Shown here: in pieces, positions 37,950-42,583 of the stretch
How positions within the stretch are numbered: the first letter of the stretch is position 1
How the letters are laid out: every line of letters begins with the position of its first letter
DNA from: Bipalium vagum
Lineage: Eukaryota
Direction: 5' to 3'
Assembly (NCBI GenBank): GCA_037834085.1
Contig: JBBMKC010251340.1
Coordinates: 1 to 42,583, forward strand
DNA: 42,583 nt
Notes under the pieces: model-generated
Seen by the model: only the letters and a program-made list of their open reading frames with translations
Databases searched by the model: none
What the model was told of the DNA's origin: nothing
Program-made: the position numbers and the translations under genes

Positions 37950-38600
37950 TTTTGAGTGCTCCACAAACGTTTAAAATATATCATAAGTATTGAAAAATAT
38001 TTTAACTGGGTCCATATTTATTAAAAAAAAATTTTAATACGACGGAGGTTTCATGTCGACATTTTCAGCCTATGATTTTGTATGATTTAAATTGTAACGA
38101 CTTCTTGTCGGAATGAAACACAAAGAATTCTTAAAGGTAAAAAAACTAATGATATAAGAGCATTTAACACTTTACACATTTGACATAGTGAACGAAAATG
38201 ATAACTGGATTGAATATGATGGAGATTAATCTCATATCATAGGAATGGATCAATTTTTTCTTCCTTCCTGTTTATTAGAGATTTGTAGTCAACATTTTCC
38301 TTAAAGTGGTATATTCAACAACTGTGGTCTATTTCTATTGATTTCATTCATCCTGTTATTCATAAATAAAGCATAAGTTTATGAAGTAGAGAAAGAACAA
38401 ATATGCAAATGCAAATGAATTTTGTGTAGTAATTCACAACTTTGACAATGTTGAAGAAAGAAAAATCTGTTAATCATTATTAATCAAAAAATTGAAAAGT
38501 GTATAAATTTCTACGGAGAATATTTTGAAAAGCAATAAAACATTTTCACTCTTTTTTTCCTTATTTTTGTCTCTATGCAAAACTTAAAAGACAACCCTCG
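37950..38600 (+). mobile_element. Decayed mariner with CGAGGG-type right TIR
   Basis: FDIVNENDNWIEYD (like IVTGDETWI..Y) and KIEKCINFYGEYFEKQ*. The right end GCAAAACTTAAAAGACAACCCTCG-TA has reverse complement TA-CGAGGGTTGTCTTTTAAGTTTTGC. The left boundary is uncertain. Confidence 0.65.
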
Positions 38601-40202
38601 TATTATACTAAATAAAATTATGTTCCTTCAGAATTATCTGCTAAAAAAGAAGTATTGGAAAAATAAAGTTTTTGTTCGCTGCACTAATATATAGAGAAAA
38701 GTGGTTTTTTTCATGGAGAGTTAAAGAAATTAAAATTTTTTATCATGTTCCGAAAACAAAAAAGGTAATTAGTAATAATTATTTATTTTGATTAAGATTC
38801 TCTGAACAAAATGTGAAATATCTTTGTGAGAAAAATTTAATTAATCTCTTCAGCAGTTATCAACCAAAATCAGACTCAACAGCCTCACCTTTTCTTGTAT
38901 CACTGGTAGAGATTTGCTGTCGTACTTGGTCAACTCCTCACAAAAGTCGGTATGTGATCTAAGACTGGTTATTTTTTCCCTTTACTTCTTTTATGAAACA
39001 TTTTAAAATTTCTCTTCAAGTACTTTACAAATAATGAAAACACTGAATAAAAGTCTTGTTAATATATTTTCGACCCCCTTTCTCAATTTATTTAAAAATG
39101 AAAACTCATAATCTGATAATATAGAAGTAGAATCTTTTATAATATCTGAGAACAAAATGATTATTATTTTCTTATATTTCTAGTAATAATATTGAATAAA
39201 AGAATTATAAAAGAATAATATATTATCAGTAATAATAGTTTTAAATGGAAAATATAGATGATTAAATGGGTTTTGCAAAATAATATTACAGACAGATAAT
39301 TAGATTTTATCTTGTAACATCTGATTACTTTAAAATAATCTTAATTTTTATCTTCTACTTATAATAATATTATAAAAAATAATAAATAAAAAATATTTTC
39401 TGACATTAAGCGTTTATATTTTTCCACTTTAATATTTTATTCTATTTAAACAGTTAATTAAACATTTCCAGAATTATGAAATTCACCAATAAAGTTGATA
39501 ATAAATAATATTTCATGTGTAAAAAGATATAATTGATTAATAATATGTTTTAACAAAAAGTTCCACATATCAGTTTATGTTAACGGAAATATAATTTAAC
39601 AAAATAAAATATTCATACCAATCTCGTCCACAGGGTTTTTTAAAATACTTTTGTGATCTCTACAGTCCATATTTGTCTACTTCAAAAAGAAATTATATAC
39701 GTTTTATAAATCAATATGAAGGCTTTAAAAAAATTAAGTCAAAAACTTAATTTAAAAAGAAATTTAAAAAATAATTATATTGTTAAGAGAAAAATAAAAA
39801 ACACCATTTCATATATTCCGATTTAAAAATGCAAACTTTAATATGAATGAAAATGATACTTTTAAACAAACGGATTTTTTAAAATAAGGCCTAATTATAA
39901 TTGTCCTTTGTCAATTTTTTTAAAAAATGAAAATTACGGTTTTATCTTTAGATAAATAATATTATTTTCTAAAATTTAAAAGATAAATTTTAAATTGACA
40001 ATATTATTATTGAAAACAGAAAAATTATACAATTAGATAAATTTATAAAGAATTCAAAAAATCACAATTTTGTTGGCATCGAGCCTAGGATTATACTGAA
40101 CATTATTTATAAAGAATAATATTAATATATATCAAAGGAAGTTAACTATCAGTAAGATGAAAAGTCTTTAATGCTGAACCGACCAAGTGATTTTTAATGA
40201 TA

Positions 40203-41473
40203 TCAGGTTGAGCGTCAAGTTCTTGCCAAATTTTAAACAAAAATAAAAACCAAAATTTTTTTTAAAAAGATATTTATTTAATCCAAAATATAGTTTTCAT
40301 TATTTTCAAGATGTCTCCATCTATCTGGTAAACCATCGATACCTCTAGCAAAAAATCTTCGGATTTGGACTCGAAGAAAGTCACAAGAGCCGATTTAACT
40401 TCACTCGAATCAACGAATGAACTCTGGTCCAGATAATTTTGCAAGGTACGAAATAAATAGTAGGAGCAATGTTAGGTGAATATGAAGGGTGATTAAGAAC
40501 TTCCCAACCCACTTCATGTACTTTCCGATGGGTTTTGATTGCAACGTGTGGCCTTGCATTGTGACGGTGTAGAATAACACCCCTTCGATTGGCCAAATTC
40601 GGACATTTATTTCGTATTTCATCTGATAATCGTGTCAATTGTTCACATTACAGATCGACTGTAATTGTTTCACCAGGAAGTAATAATTCGAAATATACAA
40701 CTCCCTTGCGATTCCACCAAATAGAAATCATGGTCTTTTTTGCATAGATATTCAGTTTGATGTGGTAGGAACTGGTTCACCTGGTAAGACATAGGCTCTT
40801 TTACGCGTGGCATTAGTGTGACGAATCCATTTTTCGTCTCCGGTTATCAATCTGTCAAAAAATGAATCGTTTACATATCGTAAAAGAAGAGAAGAAAATG
40901 CAAAAACAAGATCCATTTTGTTTTTTTCTGTGAGATCATGAGGTACCCATTTAGACCATTTTTGAATAAACCCTAGTTCATGAATATTGGTTGAAATAGC
41001 TGTTTGTGAAACCTGGAGTCTTTCCGCTAATTCTCTTGTAGTAGAAAATGGGTCTGCTCTTAATTCAGACTTCAAGATGGCGTCATAAACAACAGAAGGC
41101 CTGTCTGAACGTGGTTTATCTTCCAAGCTGAAATTTCCATTTTGGAATTTTTTAAAACCAGAACCGAACTGTTCTATCTTTTACAGTTTTCTTTCCGAAT
41201 ACCTCTTACAAACTTCTGGTTGCTTCAGTCACACTGTACTTATTCTGAAATTCGTACAAGGTACAGTGTCTTATATGTACTTTGTAAAAATTCATTTTAG
41301 CCCTAAAAAAATAGAAAGATAATTCAGATAAACAAATGATTTCTTTATTAATATAATTTAATACATTACTCATGAAATGATAATATATAAGTTTATTGTA
41401 AAGCATCAGGACATTTTTTATTTGAGTTACAACATAATATTAAAAATTGGCAAGAATTTTACGTTCAACCTAA
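40203..41473 (-). mobile_element. Full-length (1271 bp) non-autonomous mariner element
   Basis: TIRs TCAGGTTGAGCGTCAAGTTCTTGCCAAATTTT and TTAGGTTGAACGTAAAATTCTTGCCAATTTTT match at 27/32. TA flanks both sides (40201-02, 41474-75). The length is typical of mariner. Confidence 0.95.
40278..41295 (-). pseudogene. Mariner DD34D transposase pseudogene
   Basis: Runs from ATG 41295 (MNFYKVHIRHCTLYEF) to TAA 40278 (NENYILD*). Motifs WVPHDL, ITGDEKWI, HRHNARPH and HPSYSPNIAPT are present. Stops and frameshifts split it over at least three track ORFs. Confidence 0.95.
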
Positions 41474-41589
41474 TATAATACTTGTTTTAAATAATCAATA
41501 AATTAAATAAATGAAAGTTAATTTTAAAAATTTCTACGCAGAATATGGTAATAGTAATAAAGAATGAAGTTAAGGGTTAGCCGAAGAAA

Positions 41590-42520
41590 GTATGATGTTC
41601 AATTTCAGTGATATTAGAGTAATAGTGTGGTATTGCTTCAAAAAGGAATATGTCCAAAATATACATCAACGAGATTAATAGTTTTTGGGAACAAATGCTA
41701 TTAAATATTCTTCTGTTACGAATTGGTTTCGTAAATTTCGGATGTGTAGGACTGTTTTTAATGATCTTCTGCGATCTGGTTGCCCAACAGAAGTGACTAC
41801 GGAAAATAAATATGACCGCTGTCCGAGATTTAGTCAAGGAAGACCCACGGATAAATTTGGGTCAGATGGTAGAAATACTAAAAATTTCGATAGAAAGAAT
41901 TCACAATTTGTTCGTAATCATCTGGGCGCTAGACATCATTGCATTCAGTGGGTGTCCCATACTCTCATAGTGAAATGGATGTACGGTTGAAAATGTAATA
42001 GGAGAACCTGATAAAGTTTCAACTGGAAGGTTTGGAAATTTTCAATAGATTTGTAACCGGTGATGAGATTTTGGTATATTTTCATGTCATTACACGAGGC
42101 CAAATTTTCAAAACGACTCAATTTCAAAGTGGTGAGAGCTGAGAAACATACGAAAAGATAATGTGCGCCATATTTTTCTGTTCAACTGGAATATATGTTT
42201 GTCTCAAGTTATCGCGGTCATCTCTGTTGTAAAGGGGATAATTTTAACACTATGATAATGCTCGACCACAAGCGACTAAACGAATGACCGAATGCTTGAG
42301 TGATATTGATATTGACTTGCTTCCACACCCACTTTACAGTCCAGACCTAGCTCCTTATAATTTTTGGCTATTTAGAAAATCTAAAAAATGTATAGGGACG
42401 AAATATTTGCTACACAATAAGAGTTGGATAACACAATTGGATTTACAATTTCATACATATGTGGAGACTCCAGAAAAAGAAGAAAGACATTTGAAGCTGT
42501 GATTTGACCCTTGATAGAAA
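41590..42520 (+). mobile_element. Decayed mariner (irritans/vertumnana-like)
   Basis: Peptides FGTNAIKYSSVTNWFRKFRMCRTVFNDLLRSGCPTEVTTEN; QWVSHTL; RFVTGDE; HYDNARP; LLPHPLYSPDLAPYNFWLFRKSK. No clear TIRs. Confidence 0.85.
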
Positions 42521-42583
42521 CATTTTGTATTTAATAAAAATTCGTTATATTTTAATTAATTGTTATAATTTTTATGTTCATTT

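Noticed and set aside
38940-39030. Minus-strand FIKEVKGKNN...DH, resembling the Ty3/gypsy RNase H end
   Set aside because: Too short and frameshifted, with no RT, integrase or LTR nearby.

Overview
This is very AT-rich (roughly 80% by eye), gene-poor eukaryotic nuclear DNA that reads in the standard genetic code. Only one intact protein-coding gene is supported: an intronless SNW1/SKIP/Prp45 splicing factor (20031..21464, minus strand) with a shortened N-terminus. Almost everything else recognisable is decayed class II DNA transposon sequence. This includes about 20 mariner (DD34D) relics from several subfamilies, one of them a full-length 1271-bp copy with both TIRs and TA duplications but broken catalytic motifs. 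There are also rosa/DD41D-like, maT-like, Tc1, Merlin and probable piggyBac fragments. TIR-bounded mariner derivatives form a size series (1271, ~1047, 336, 246 and 70 bp) that ends in a near-perfect MADE1-like hairpin MITE about 530 bp downstream of SNW1. I found no convincing new biological system. The best leads are that hairpin MITE, the trimmed intronless SNW1, the deletion-dominated decay pattern and an unexplained GC-richer block at 23.6-24.0 kb. All family assignments come from manual translation and remembered motifs, not database searches, and boundaries of decayed relics are approximate.
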